Of a DNA stretch of 64,000 bases, positions 48,591-58,747 are shown one piece after another. The translations under genes were made by a program, and so were the position numbers. The stretch's first letter is position 1, and every line of letters starts with the position of its first letter. The stretch is from assembly GCA_963663765.2 (NCBI GenBank), contig CAXXUA010000005.1, positions 960,001-1,024,000 on the forward strand, read 5' to 3'. The notes beneath the pieces are model-generated. The model did no database searches and was not told the origin of the DNA. It was given only the letters and a program-made list of their open reading frames with translations. Source of the DNA: Candidatus Poribacteria bacterium. GTDB taxonomy: Bacteria; Poribacteria; WGA-4E; WGA-3G.

Positions 48591-48645
48591 TAGTTTTCCT
48601 CCAAAGGACAAAACTCCTCCCATACAAACAGAAGCAATGTTCTTG

Positions 48646-51417
48646 TTACTCCTGATATTCTATTTGAAGTATTTGCCGAACAGAACTTGTAAATTCACCA
48701 TTCATAACAAGTTTGACGTGGGCTGGTTTAATACAGTCTCCATTTTCATCAAAATAGGTTCGCCCTGTAATACCGTTATAGCCTTTCTCATGTGTATCCA
48801 ACGATGCCAAATAATCGCGGATGAATTTTCGATTTTCGGTAAGGGAAGCATCATGACTATAAGTTTGTTCAATCGCTTCGGCAATTATACCTATTGCATC
48901 ATAAGTTAATGCTGCCCATGTATTAGGGACAACACCGTACTCTGCACTAATTGCCTGAGCGAGCTGCGCTGCGTCTTCACCGGCTGCACCAAATGTAAAA
49001 GGAGTTGTCACATAAGTTCCCTCTGCGGAGTCACCAGCGATTGCGATAAAATCTGGTGAATCCACACCATCGCTACCAAAAAACGGTGCTGTGATGCCGA
49101 TTCCGCGCGCTTGTTTGACAATTAGTCCTGCTTGACTATAAAGACCAAAAATACAGATCATATCTGGATCTTTCAATTTGATCCGATCAAGCTGCGGTCT
49201 AAAATCCGTTCTATTCCGAGTGTACGATTCTTCAGCAACAATGTTGAGATTACTCTCCATAGCGGCTCTGGTGAAACTGTTCCGCACCTCACGTCCATAA
49301 CCATCTACATCAAACAAAACAGCAACTGATTGAAACTCTGTCAAGGCGTTTTGAATATATTTGGCGATGAATTGTCCTTGAAAATTGTCACTGTATATAT
49401 TCCGAAACATCCAGTCGCTTCCTTCAACAACAGCCTTATTAGTTGAACCCGGAGACAGTGCCACAAGACCAACACGTTGGTAGATAGGTTTACCAGCTAA
49501 AGAACATGAACTGTTGAAATGCCCGACAACAGCGAGGATGTTTCTATCATTAGCAAAGCGAGTAGCTACGAGTCCTGCCTGCCTTCCCTTACCAGCATCA
49601 TCTCCAAAAACAAGGGTTAACTTCATGCCGTTGATGCCCCCGGCTGCATTAATTTCTTTTACTTTGAACTCAGCACCAAGTCTAATCATCTTTCCGAATG
49701 CCGCGGCACTTCCTGTAAAAGGACCTGTCACAGCAACCTTTAATTCCTTCTCTCCGTTTTGTTCATTTCTTAGGGTTTGTTCTGATTTGGAAGTTAACAA
49801 TTTAAGATTTAATTTGGAAACTATAGCACCAAATTCCGACTCCCACGCATCCCGTTTAACACTTCCATTCTCAACACCAAGCACCAACAACCCCGGATTC
49901 TGCAGTGTGCTATTCTCACGAATCTTTTTCAGAAAATCATCAACTTCTAAGCCCACCTCTGCCGCGGCATGTGCTGCATCAAGCGGTCCTTCAAACTGCT
50001 TCACGAGCTGCTGTATCGGTTCACTCCCACCGAAGACACCGCCAGCCGCTGCAATTGCCTTCCGATAACGAGCAATGTCCTCACGGACAAGACGATCCAT
50101 CGTTGACTTTTCGGTATAGAGACGCAACGCCTGTGCTTTGTCATAAAGCGGGTTCGGATTCTGTTCAATCACCGAACGCACCTGATCGTCAAACGTTTTC
50201 ATTCCTTCTGTATGGCAGCCCATGCACGATAATCCATTACGGACAACAGGGTCTCTCGCCCCAGCGTTTGAGACAATGTTGATCGGAGCTTCGTCAAGTC
50301 GTTCACCTGTTGCAGTAGACAGATAGTATGCCTGCAATCCGTTAGGCAGGTTGAAGATAATCTCACCGCCATCATGCGTAAAATCAAGCGGATGTGTAAA
50401 GATATTCTGCCTGCCAACATTCCCTGCAAAGTCGTAGGATTTCCAATATGCACCATACCGCGATTTGTGACGTTCCACAATGCGATTGTTGACTGACACA
50501 CCAGATTCACTAAAACCTGCACGCCAGACGCGAACACCCGGTGCATTCTTAAGGTTTTCGGAGACGTTTACCTCAAGTTGTGTTTCTAATTCTTTAGCTG
50601 TTTTCGGCAGGTCAAGGATATCGTGATAAAGGGGTGGTAGTGAAGCAGTAGCGATGAACCAGTCTGCACGGATAAACGGCAAATCGCAGTCTGTTTTTTC
50701 ACATAACGTTGTGTATGTTGCAGACTTTAACTGAACACCGTAGGGATATGCCTGCTCAATTTTATACCATTTGTCAGTTTTGATGTCCCATTCATAGTTG
50801 CGAAGGTCTATGTAGAAGATGGTTTCTTCTTTATCAATTGGTTTCGGCTTGATTACCTCAGCACCCCAAGAGAGGCTATTGATGAGTTTTGATAAAGCGA
50901 TCCGATAGGCGCGGAGGTTAGCATCTGTTACCCCTGCATTGTAAAGATGTGTGAGTGTGAAATAACGTGCAAAGGAACGGTCAAATTCAGTGAGCGACAT
51001 CAAATGGGTTTGAATGGCTTTAAGCATTAACTCAGTTGTAATGAATTTGCGTTTAGGTTTGGGAATAGCATCCCAGTCTGGCGAGCCTGCTTCAATCCAG
51101 CGGCGAATAGAGGCGATTTCATCAGTGTCCAGCGGTTCTTGTCCTAACGGCATTTGCGAACCATTATCGGTATCACCAAGTAAGCGTAGATAGAATTCGG
51201 AGTCATCGGGTTGGCGTGGAATTACTGATTTGTCTTTGATTAAATTTGAATGCTTTATTGTAAGGACATCTGCATAAGATCCAAATTCCCCATGGCAATC
51301 AATGCAATGCTGTTCAAAGATTGCATGAGCTTGTTGTGCAAGGTTTTCTTGTGCATGCACAATTTGATGGTGTAAAACAAGTATCAAAATGCACAAAATA
51401 ATATAGCAGTTTTTCAT
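48646..51417 (-). CDS. Secreted di-haem cytochrome c protein fused to a branched-chain amino acid-binding (LivK-like) domain
   Basis: Signal peptide; CIDCH...MPLG and CMGCH; C-terminal GPFTG...INAAGGING...GHFNSS...FRNI...YDA periplasmic binding protein type 1. Confidence 0.82.
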   Translation of the reverse strand: MKNCYIILCILILVLHHQIVHAQENLAQQAHAIFEQHCIDCHGEFGSYADVLTIKHSNLIKDKSVIPRQPDDSEFYLRLLGDTDNGSQMPLGQEPLDTDEIASIRRWIEAGSPDWDAIPKPKRKFITTELMLKAIQTHLMSLTEFDRSFARYFTLTHLYNAGVTDANLRAYRIALSKLINSLSWGAEVIKPKPIDKEETIFYIDLRNYEWDIKTDKWYKIEQAYPYGVQLKSATYTTLCEKTDCDLPFIRADWFIATASLPPLYHDILDLPKTAKELETQLEVNVSENLKNAPGVRVWRAGFSESGVSVNNRIVERHKSRYGAYWKSYDFAGNVGRQNIFTHPLDFTHDGGEIIFNLPNGLQAYYLSTATGERLDEAPINIVSNAGARDPVVRNGLSCMGCHTEGMKTFDDQVRSVIEQNPNPLYDKAQALRLYTEKSTMDRLVREDIARYRKAIAAAGGVFGGSEPIQQLVKQFEGPLDAAHAAAEVGLEVDDFLKKIRENSTLQNPGLLVLGVENGSVKRDAWESEFGAIVSKLNLKLLTSKSEQTLRNEQNGEKELKVAVTGPFTGSAAAFGKMIRLGAEFKVKEINAAGGINGMKLTLVFGDDAGKGRQAGLVATRFANDRNILAVVGHFNSSCSLAGKPIYQRVGLVALSPGSTNKAVVEGSDWMFRNIYSDNFQGQFIAKYIQNALTEFQSVAVLFDVDGYGREVRNSFTRAAMESNLNIVAEESYTRNRTDFRPQLDRIKLKDPDMICIFGLYSQAGLIVKQARGIGITAPFFGSDGVDSPDFIAIAGDSAEGTYVTTPFTFGAAGEDAAQLAQAISAEYGVVPNTWAALTYDAIGIIAEAIEQTYSHDASLTENRKFIRDYLASLDTHEKGYNGITGRTYFDENGDCIKPAHVKLVMNGEFTSSVRQILQIEYQE

Positions 51418-51444
51418 ATTTTTACCTCCAACCGTCTACCTGAT

Positions 51445-51681
51445 AAGTACTTTTTATTAAACAAAACACGATCTCTAATAACAACTTCGCTCGTTTTTGC
51501 CGCGAAAAACAGCCATAAATGTATCTGGCAGTTCATCAAAATCTTGAGCAATCTTCACTTTACCTTTCCACTGTCCACCACAGCGAGGCTTCTTGTCACC
51601 TTGTTCTAAAGGTATGGATTTGGCAATAGACATGCCCTTGCTATCAAATTTAATCTCTTTTCCCATAACTTTCGTTTTCAT
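51445..51681 (-). pseudogene. Decayed type II TA pair: antitoxin remnant and start of a PIN toxin
   Basis: GGQWKGKVKIAQDFDELP antitoxin C-terminus; an overlapping frame reads (GCG)KLLLEIVFCL, resembling the VapC start MKLLLDT, then breaks off. Confidence 0.5.
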
Positions 51682-51728
51682 AGAATTTTACAACATAAAC
51701 ATTAGAAATACAACACATTTAGAACACA

Positions 51729-52532
51729 TCAATTCCAGCCAGCTAACTGCAAGTATTTGTCCCAAAGCGGATCACCCCATAACAGAACAACTATTGCAGC
51801 ACCAGCAAGAAAAGGCCCGTAAGGAATCGGACTTTTGCGGTTTTTCCTACCAGTTGCAATAAGCAGAGTTCCGATAACCGCGCCACTAAAGGCAGATAAC
51901 GCTATCACCAGAGGGAGCGCGGGAAAAGCACCGAGAAACAGACCGATGATCGCCATCAGTTTGACATCACCCATTCCCATTGCTTTTTTACGCATAATCG
52001 CACTACCGATAAACGCTATCAACCATAGCCCCAAACCACCTGCTAAAAAACCGATGAGTCGCATCTTTAAATAATCTATATCTTTACCTTGATATGCTAT
52101 GACTCCCACTATACCCAACCCAAGTGCTAATCCTGTGAGACTGATAGAATTTGGTATAATAAGGTGTTGTGCATCAATGACAAAAATCGGTATCAGCACA
52201 GATACAAAAAAGAGTGCATGCAGATAGTCAAGTGTCCATCCGAAATGGTAATACATCACGAGGAAGAGCACTGCAGTAACCAGTTCAACTATTGGATAGA
52301 TAGCAGAAATTTTCGCTTTGCAATGCCGACATTTTCCACGCAATAGCACATAACTCAATAGCGGAATGTTGTCATAAAACTTTATGGATTGATTACATTC
52401 GGGACAAAAGGAACGTCGCGGGGAATAAATAGATAAATCAGTACGGGGGATGCGGTAGATACAAACATTGAGGAAGCTGCCAATTGCCAAGCCTAACAGG
52501 AAAATGAGTATTTGTATCCAAATTTCGTCCAC
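51729..52532 (-). CDS. pilD: Prepilin peptidase / N-methyltransferase
   Basis: GSFLNVCIYRIP, CPEC/CRHC, FVID, MGMGDVKL, PYGPFL. Confidence 0.93.
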   Translation of the reverse strand: MDEIWIQILIFLLGLAIGSFLNVCIYRIPRTDLSIYSPRRSFCPECNQSIKFYDNIPLLSYVLLRGKCRHCKAKISAIYPIVELVTAVLFLVMYYHFGWTLDYLHALFFVSVLIPIFVIDAQHLIIPNSISLTGLALGLGIVGVIAYQGKDIDYLKMRLIGFLAGGLGLWLIAFIGSAIMRKKAMGMGDVKLMAIIGLFLGAFPALPLVIALSAFSGAVIGTLLIATGRKNRKSPIPYGPFLAGAAIVVLLWGDPLWDKYLQLAGWN

Positions 52533-52535
52533 AGA

Positions 52536-52955
52536 TTACCACCAATACTTTTCACCTTGCGTTGCATCTACATGGTAAACCTTGCTAATTTCAGCGATTC
52601 CGCCTAAAAGGTATTTTGCTGGTACGCGGGGATGATCCTTCTCAATTGCGACTTTATAGTTTTCTTGTAACAGGATATAGTTGCCTCCCCAAGGTGTTTT
52701 TGGCACAGTTTCCAGATAGGCACCGCGCCATCCATCAATACTTGGATCGTTCACAAGTTGATCCAAACTGGCGGGATACGTTTGGGTGTGTCTATGGTAT
52801 TTCTTGATTGCGGTTGCTAAGATTTCAACGTCAACGTCTGCTTGGCTAACCTTACGATATTCAGACCAAGGCGGGTAAGACAACACCCCAATGACAATCA
52901 CCAGTGCAACCAAAATAATAAGTTTAATTATTGTTTTTCCCATGTTTCTATTCAT
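52536..52955 (-). CDS. GspG-like pseudopilin
   Basis: N-terminal TM; YP.SLDQLV..P...GWRGAYL..VPKTPWG. Confidence 0.75.
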   Translation of the reverse strand: MNRNMGKTIIKLIILVALVIVIGVLSYPPWSEYRKVSQADVDVEILATAIKKYHRHTQTYPASLDQLVNDPSIDGWRGAYLETVPKTPWGGNYILLQENYKVAIEKDHPRVPAKYLLGGIAEISKVYHVDATQGEKYWW

Positions 52956-53019
52956 ATTCTATGGTTATCAGCAGTCGGTTTTCAGTTCTCGTTGTAATAA
53001 ATGCTATTTCATCAAGGTA

Positions 53020-54396
53020 TTATGCGTCTGGTCGAGAGATACTATATTTGTTCATTTTTTTATATAAATTGCTTCTTTCCACTTCCAACACATCTGCGGT
53101 TCTTCGTATATTCCAATCATTTTCATTCAAAGCCGCAAGAATACACTCCGCTTCGGCAGAATCAACCATAGAGCTCAACGGTGTGTTAGACTGATATGCA
53201 GTCGAAGCCTCCATTATCTGTGTAGCATCTTTATCAAGCGGTAAAACTTCGGCAACATCATTCGGCAAAATGATCTCTCTATTCACCATAATCAGGAGAC
53301 GTTCAACAATGTTTTTCAGTTCTCGGATGTTGCCAGGCCACTGGTAAGATTGGAGGACTTTGTATGCTTCAGATGCGAAAGTCTTTGGCGATGATCCCAT
53401 GTTCTTTTGTAATCGTTCTGAAAAGTACTTTACCAATAGTGGGATATCTTCAAATCGTTCCCGCAATGCTGGCACATCTATCGGTACAATTTTGAGACGG
53501 TAATATAGGTCATTTCGGAACAGTCCGCGCTCAATTTCTGCTGGTAAGTTTTTATTTGTAGCTGCGATAATGCGCACATCAACATTGCGAATTTGCTGGC
53601 TTCCGAGTCTCTCTACCTCACCGTATTCCAGCACGCGTAAGACTTTTGCCTGTGCCTTTAGGCTCATATCTCCGATCTCATCAAGGAAGAGCGTGCCACC
53701 GTCGGCAAGTTCAAAGCGTCCCTGTCGCATAGAGTCTGCACCTGTAAATGCGCCGCGTTCATGCCCAAACAGTTCGCTTTCAACGAGTTCTTCAGGTAGG
53801 GCTGCGCAGTTCAGTGGAATAATGGGTTTGTTTGCTCGTTTGCTGTATTGATGTATTGCGTTTGCTACCAGCTGCTTTCCTGTACCGTTTTCGCCCGATA
53901 TCAATACACCGAGGTTGCTTGTTGCGACTTGACGTATTTCTGCTCGGAGTTTATTCATATCGGCACTCTCACCGACCATTTCATCTTCAATGGTAATTTG
54001 TGTCTTCAGGATTTCATTTTCTTTGGCTAATCGAGAGAGTTCCAAAAACGGTTCTATGTTGGATAGGATTTTGTCCATACTGACCGGTTTTGTTACGTAT
54101 CGCTTTGCCCCGAGCTCCATCGTTTTGGCAGCGATTTCAATATCCTGTTGTGCTGACATCATTACTACATGTAACATGGGATGTTGAACTATCATTTTTT
54201 GTAACGTTTCAACGCCATCCATACCATTTTCCATCATGATGTCCAACAGTACGAGATCAATATCACGCGTAGTACAAAGTTGCAGTGCCTTTTCTCCACT
54301 CCCCGCAGTCAAGGTTTTGTACCCTTTGAGACTTAACCCTTGAGAAAGCATTTTTTGTATATTTTTTTCGTCATCTACAATGAGGATCGTATTCAT
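53020..54396 (-). CDS. Sigma-54-dependent response regulator (NtrC/NtrX-like)
   Basis: IVDDE receiver, GENGTGKQ, GAFTGA, FLDEIG, WPGNIREL, HTH. Confidence 0.95.
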   Translation of the reverse strand: MNTILIVDDEKNIQKMLSQGLSLKGYKTLTAGSGEKALQLCTTRDIDLVLLDIMMENGMDGVETLQKMIVQHPMLHVVMMSAQQDIEIAAKTMELGAKRYVTKPVSMDKILSNIEPFLELSRLAKENEILKTQITIEDEMVGESADMNKLRAEIRQVATSNLGVLISGENGTGKQLVANAIHQYSKRANKPIIPLNCAALPEELVESELFGHERGAFTGADSMRQGRFELADGGTLFLDEIGDMSLKAQAKVLRVLEYGEVERLGSQQIRNVDVRIIAATNKNLPAEIERGLFRNDLYYRLKIVPIDVPALRERFEDIPLLVKYFSERLQKNMGSSPKTFASEAYKVLQSYQWPGNIRELKNIVERLLIMVNREIILPNDVAEVLPLDKDATQIMEASTAYQSNTPLSSMVDSAEAECILAALNENDWNIRRTADVLEVERSNLYKKMNKYSISRPDA

Positions 54397-54452
54397 ATTT
54401 TCACCTCAAAATTTGGAAGAGTCAATTGTTTTTACTCACGCCGCTCAAGTTT

Positions 54453-56408
54453 CTATTCCTGTGGAATTGATTTTGTTATCAGAGGAATTATTGCAGGTTG
54501 TGTATCATTTAGGTATGAAGTTTCATCAAAAGTGATACATATTTTTGTTCCGACTTTCAGTTTCGATTCTACCGCTATTTCCCCGCCGTGAACGGTAATA
54601 ATTCGGCGAACTATTGCCATACCGAGTCCAGTGCCATAAGACTTTGTGGTGTAGTCTGGGGTAAAAAGATTTTTTCGTGTTTCTTCAGACATGCCGTGTC
54701 CAGTATCTTGAACTTCCAACGAGATATACCTGCCATTATTCGCTTTGGCATTGTTCTGATTTTGTTTCTCAGCATTGTTAACCACGTTTGCTTCAGCTAT
54801 TGGTTTCGCATAAGTCCGTAAGATAAGTGTTCCTCCATCTGACATTGCTTCAATTGCATTCTTTACAATGTTGCCGACAGCGCGTTCCATTTGTTCGCTA
54901 TCTAAGGAAAGGGATGGTAAGTTGTCTAAATGTCTTTCAACTGTAATCTTTTGATTTTGAGATAATTTTGTGTATAACTTTAAAACGGCTTCTACAATAT
55001 CGTTCAGATTTACTGGTTGTCGGTCAGGAACGGGTAATCGTGCATATTGGTGGAACTCATCTATTAGTCCGCGTATCCGGTCAACTTCTTCAATAATTGT
55101 TTCGGTGCATTCTTCAAAGATGTTATCAAAGATTTCGGGTTTGTTTTTTGCGGCTTGCAAGTTCTCAACGGATAGTCGAATTGGAAATAAGGGGTTTTTA
55201 ACTTCATGTGCAAGTTGCCGTGCGACGTCGCGCCACACCGCGATCCTTTCCGCTGTTCTGTGTTCCTCCAAACTTCGCTTTAATGCGAGTGCCATCTTAT
55301 TAATTCCATCTGCAAGTTCACCGACCTCTCCCTTTGATTGAACGGCAATTTGATGTGTAAGATTACCTGCGCCGATCTCACCAACACCTTGCTGGAGTTG
55401 TGCGATGGGTCGTGTTATCCGTCTACTGACAAGGTAGCTGCTGAGGTATACAAGGATCGCACCAGCGCCGACACTCCAGAGAATAATCATGCGCATGCGA
55501 GCTTGCCACAAAATACGGTCATCATGAGAATAGGCAAGAATCAGTTCTACAAATGGGAGTTGATTTGTTTCCGATAAAGGTGTGCTTAGTATGTCAGCAC
55601 GAACAACTGTGTAAGTCGGGCTGCGGCGTTCCTCCACTGGGACTTCAGTGGATAGTTGTTGTGGAATATCCTCTAAAGAGACAACCAAATCCTCAACAGG
55701 TTTTCCAGCTGCTGCGTAAGCTTCCATTTGCTGTTCCCATACATCTTTTAACTCCAATCTATTCCCCGCGATATTGTTCAAGGGTATCCACTCCTCTTGT
55801 TCGTCCTTTTTTCGCACCAGAAAAATTGGATGTTCTGCGGGTTGGCTCAGCAGTTCGCCTTCTAACCATTTTTGTAGCGATCTTCCACCTGTGACAAAAC
55901 CCCAATCCCACCACCATGTCACTTCAACGACCAACTGTGGTTCCTCACCCGATTTGATCACCCGTTCACGAATCGTCCCTTTTCCCTCCTTGATTACATC
56001 ATCTATTTTATCATTTGCTATCTCATGAATTTTGTACCCGATGCGTTCTTCGTCTATCCGCTTGCTGAGTACCAATATTCCCTCATCATTACCACATTCA
56101 AAAACATCAAAATTTGTTGTGGGTATATCCCTACTGCCGCCTCGTTCTGCTCTTCGCATTGCATTATACACACTGCGGTCTTCACCTATTGCTTTTACCT
56201 CGTTGCGAATAGATTCAACGAATAGCGTATACAAATTGGTAATTGTTGCTTTTCGTTCTACGACATCCTTACCCAATTGTTCACTAAAAGTACGGTCTAT
56301 GAGAAGACTGGCGATCCCAAACATGACTGCGAACATAATTACAAACACAAAACTATAGGTAAAGAAAATCTTGTTTTGAAGCCGAAGCGAGGACAACCTG
56401 TTGATCAT
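54453..56408 (-). CDS. HAMP sensor histidine kinase (NtrY-like)
   Basis: Two TM segments, HAMP, WRDVARQLAHEVKNPL, NAIEA, DTGHG, GTGLG. Confidence 0.92.
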   Translation of the reverse strand: MINRLSSLRLQNKIFFTYSFVFVIMFAVMFGIASLLIDRTFSEQLGKDVVERKATITNLYTLFVESIRNEVKAIGEDRSVYNAMRRAERGGSRDIPTTNFDVFECGNDEGILVLSKRIDEERIGYKIHEIANDKIDDVIKEGKGTIRERVIKSGEEPQLVVEVTWWWDWGFVTGGRSLQKWLEGELLSQPAEHPIFLVRKKDEQEEWIPLNNIAGNRLELKDVWEQQMEAYAAAGKPVEDLVVSLEDIPQQLSTEVPVEERRSPTYTVVRADILSTPLSETNQLPFVELILAYSHDDRILWQARMRMIILWSVGAGAILVYLSSYLVSRRITRPIAQLQQGVGEIGAGNLTHQIAVQSKGEVGELADGINKMALALKRSLEEHRTAERIAVWRDVARQLAHEVKNPLFPIRLSVENLQAAKNKPEIFDNIFEECTETIIEEVDRIRGLIDEFHQYARLPVPDRQPVNLNDIVEAVLKLYTKLSQNQKITVERHLDNLPSLSLDSEQMERAVGNIVKNAIEAMSDGGTLILRTYAKPIAEANVVNNAEKQNQNNAKANNGRYISLEVQDTGHGMSEETRKNLFTPDYTTKSYGTGLGMAIVRRIITVHGGEIAVESKLKVGTKICITFDETSYLNDTQPAIIPLITKSIPQE

Positions 56409-56489
56409 ATTTCAGCATATAAATGTCTGTCTTGCGTTCCGTAGGAACGATATGTGTATTACAATGACGTAACTATAGAAATATCGACC

Positions 56490-57923
56490 CTAATGTTTCT
56501 TCATGCTGCGCGCGATTTCTTCGGTGCGTTTTTTATATCCTTCAACCGCTGATTGATGATAGGTCAACTCTTCCGCAAGCGTCTGAACGCCATCGGTAAG
56601 GTGTAAATCCTGTAATCGACCTTTCACCGCAACTGTATCCATGAAGGTTCGCATTAATTGACATACATTCCGAGTGTCACGGTGTGGCAGCGTTAGTGTC
56701 ACATTCGGAATGTCATTATCGGTAAAATCCATTTCAGTGCCACGGTAAGATGCAGTTTGACTATCGTTCATTGGCAGTCCTTCAAACGCTTCTAATCCTT
56801 TTCCTTCATTTACACTTGGGATTGTTAGGTCTGAACCGAGGTCTTCCCAATGGATAAAAATAACTGCCTTGTCCTTTGGTCCAGCGAGAATTCCGTTGAG
56901 TATAGAGTGATTACTTGTCGGACCTTTCGCGGCAATCACGTTGGAACCGATGCCGCGCTCCTGAATAGATTCGGTATAGAGTTGTACAAACCACTCTCCA
57001 AGTCTGGTGTTGTCTGCATAGTTATAGAAAACGATGCTACCAGCCCCGTAGTATTTCTCTACAGAGTCAAGCCATAGCGCAAGATGGTATGCGGTGTTGT
57101 AGGGATGTGTATAGGGTAACTGAAAATTCTTATCTGCCTGCTGGACACCCTCAACCGCTGCATTTATCCTCTCCTTCGGTGTCTCTCCTGCATCTGCTGT
57201 CATCGCCAAAAAGAATAAACCGACAGGTGAAAAGGCGGAGAAGCGACCACCGACTCCCTCTGGTACGGGCAGCACACCGTATAATTCAGAATCTTGGTGT
57301 AATTGATAGAGAAGGCTTTTCGTTGTCAATCCGGTCGTTGCAATAATCTGTTTTCGCCAGTTCACAACCTCCTTCTGGAGTCTGTCCTTGATAATCATTA
57401 GCGTTGCGAGCGTTTCGCCAGTTTTCCCTGATTTGCTAATCACATTGAAAAGCGTTTTTGAGAGTAAGTTTCGGGACTTTAACATCTCAAGCAATGCTTC
57501 AAGCCGTATCGGATCAAAGGTATCCCCTGTAAAATATACCTCTGGCGAATCACCTCTTTCAGCACTTGACATTAGATTGTGATACGGATGATTAGCGATT
57601 TCGTGGAACACGCGTGCACTCAAATCTGAACCCCCGATACCAACGGTCACAAGCACCGAGAAATCGTTGCTCGCTTTAGTAGACAGTTCCAGCACATCTT
57701 GAATATGTTCTGATTGGAGATGACTACGTGTCCATGCTCTTAGATGCTGTTCTAATACGGACAGTGGAGCATCTTCCTCCTCCCTGAACAGCGTCTGAAT
57801 TGTCTCCAAACGTTCATCAACCAACGGTTCTTCATTTTCTGCCTCTGTTTCTGCACAGACAAGCATTTTCAGTCTTATACCTGAATCGTCTCCAAACTCT
57901 ATCTGTTTTACCTCTGAATTCAT
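56490..57923 (-). CDS. pgi: Glucose-6-phosphate isomerase
   Basis: GIGGS, SKSGKTGET, VGGRFS, QLYTES, QSAVEGYK. Confidence 0.88.
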   Translation of the reverse strand: MNSEVKQIEFGDDSGIRLKMLVCAETEAENEEPLVDERLETIQTLFREEEDAPLSVLEQHLRAWTRSHLQSEHIQDVLELSTKASNDFSVLVTVGIGGSDLSARVFHEIANHPYHNLMSSAERGDSPEVYFTGDTFDPIRLEALLEMLKSRNLLSKTLFNVISKSGKTGETLATLMIIKDRLQKEVVNWRKQIIATTGLTTKSLLYQLHQDSELYGVLPVPEGVGGRFSAFSPVGLFFLAMTADAGETPKERINAAVEGVQQADKNFQLPYTHPYNTAYHLALWLDSVEKYYGAGSIVFYNYADNTRLGEWFVQLYTESIQERGIGSNVIAAKGPTSNHSILNGILAGPKDKAVIFIHWEDLGSDLTIPSVNEGKGLEAFEGLPMNDSQTASYRGTEMDFTDNDIPNVTLTLPHRDTRNVCQLMRTFMDTVAVKGRLQDLHLTDGVQTLAEELTYHQSAVEGYKKRTEEIARSMKKH

Positions 57924-57954
57924 TTATATTTACCTAATTTCTACCAAATTCTTA

Positions 57955-58332
57955 CTATTTTGTTCTTCCATATATGTCATCAATTCGGACAATGTCTTCC
58001 TCATCAAAGTTCCCATAAGCGATTTCCAATCTCCTGTAATCTTGGTCTTCACTAATAAGCTGATGTCTTGTCCCTTGGGGAATAAAGACTGCTTCCATCG
58101 GATTAGGATGAAGCATCTCTTCCGCAAGTCAAATACATGCACCTTCGTCAAGAGGTATCCACAATTCACTACGATGATGGTGGTATTAATAACTCAACTG
58201 TTCGCCAGCGTGTAACTCCAATATCTTGACGGTTACTGGTTGGTTATGGACGTACTGTGAAAAACGTCCCCAAGGTTTTTCGGCTTTCAATATCGCTACT
58301 AACACTTTGTTCGGGTCTTTTATAGAAGGCAT
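57955..58332 (-). pseudogene. Cupin mannose-6-phosphate isomerase (type II C-terminal-like) pseudogene with two in-frame stops
   Basis: One frame reads KPWG...GEQLSY*YHHHRSELW...ACI*LAEE...IPQGTRHQL...EIAYGNFDEEDIVRIDDIYGRTK; stops at 58186-58188 (TAA) and 58129-58131 (TGA). Confidence 0.88.
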
Positions 58333-58710
58333 CTGTTCTACCGTGCGGGGTCGGAAAAACCAGCGTTTTTTCTGTAATAGTTTAGCACACTTGAAAAGGT
58401 AAGACAAGGAGAAAAAATGTATAGTAAAGTTTTGGAATGTGTCTTGTCAGGGACACGCTTACAAAGCATGCCTACCATCGGGGGTGCGCTTACAAAGCAC
58501 GTCTAACATGTGAGAAATATTTTTGACCGAATTAATAACTTAATCTTCATACGGGACTAAAAACCGATGTTCATGTTTCAATAAACTAAAATTGATATAT
58601 AAGGTGCAGTTAGAAAACTTTATCTACAGCAATTAGATATTAACTTTCAGTAAATCTAAATAACGGAAAACTCATAAAACTAAATATCCCCTGCCATACC
58701 TAAAAAAGTT

Positions 58711-58739
58711 TTGACAAAAACGTTTTAATTTGATACTAT
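58711..58739 (+). promoter_or_regulatory. sigma70-type promoter, probably giving a near-leaderless mRNA
   Basis: TTGACA-17 nt-TACTAT, 8 nt before GTG 58748, no SD sequence. Confidence 0.65.
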
Positions 58740-58747
58740 ATTTTTAA

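Noticed and set aside
57930-58407. Two small ORFs (57930..58169, 58186..58407) as separate genes
   Set aside because: One is out of frame and the other is the 5' fragment of a single cupin pseudogene.
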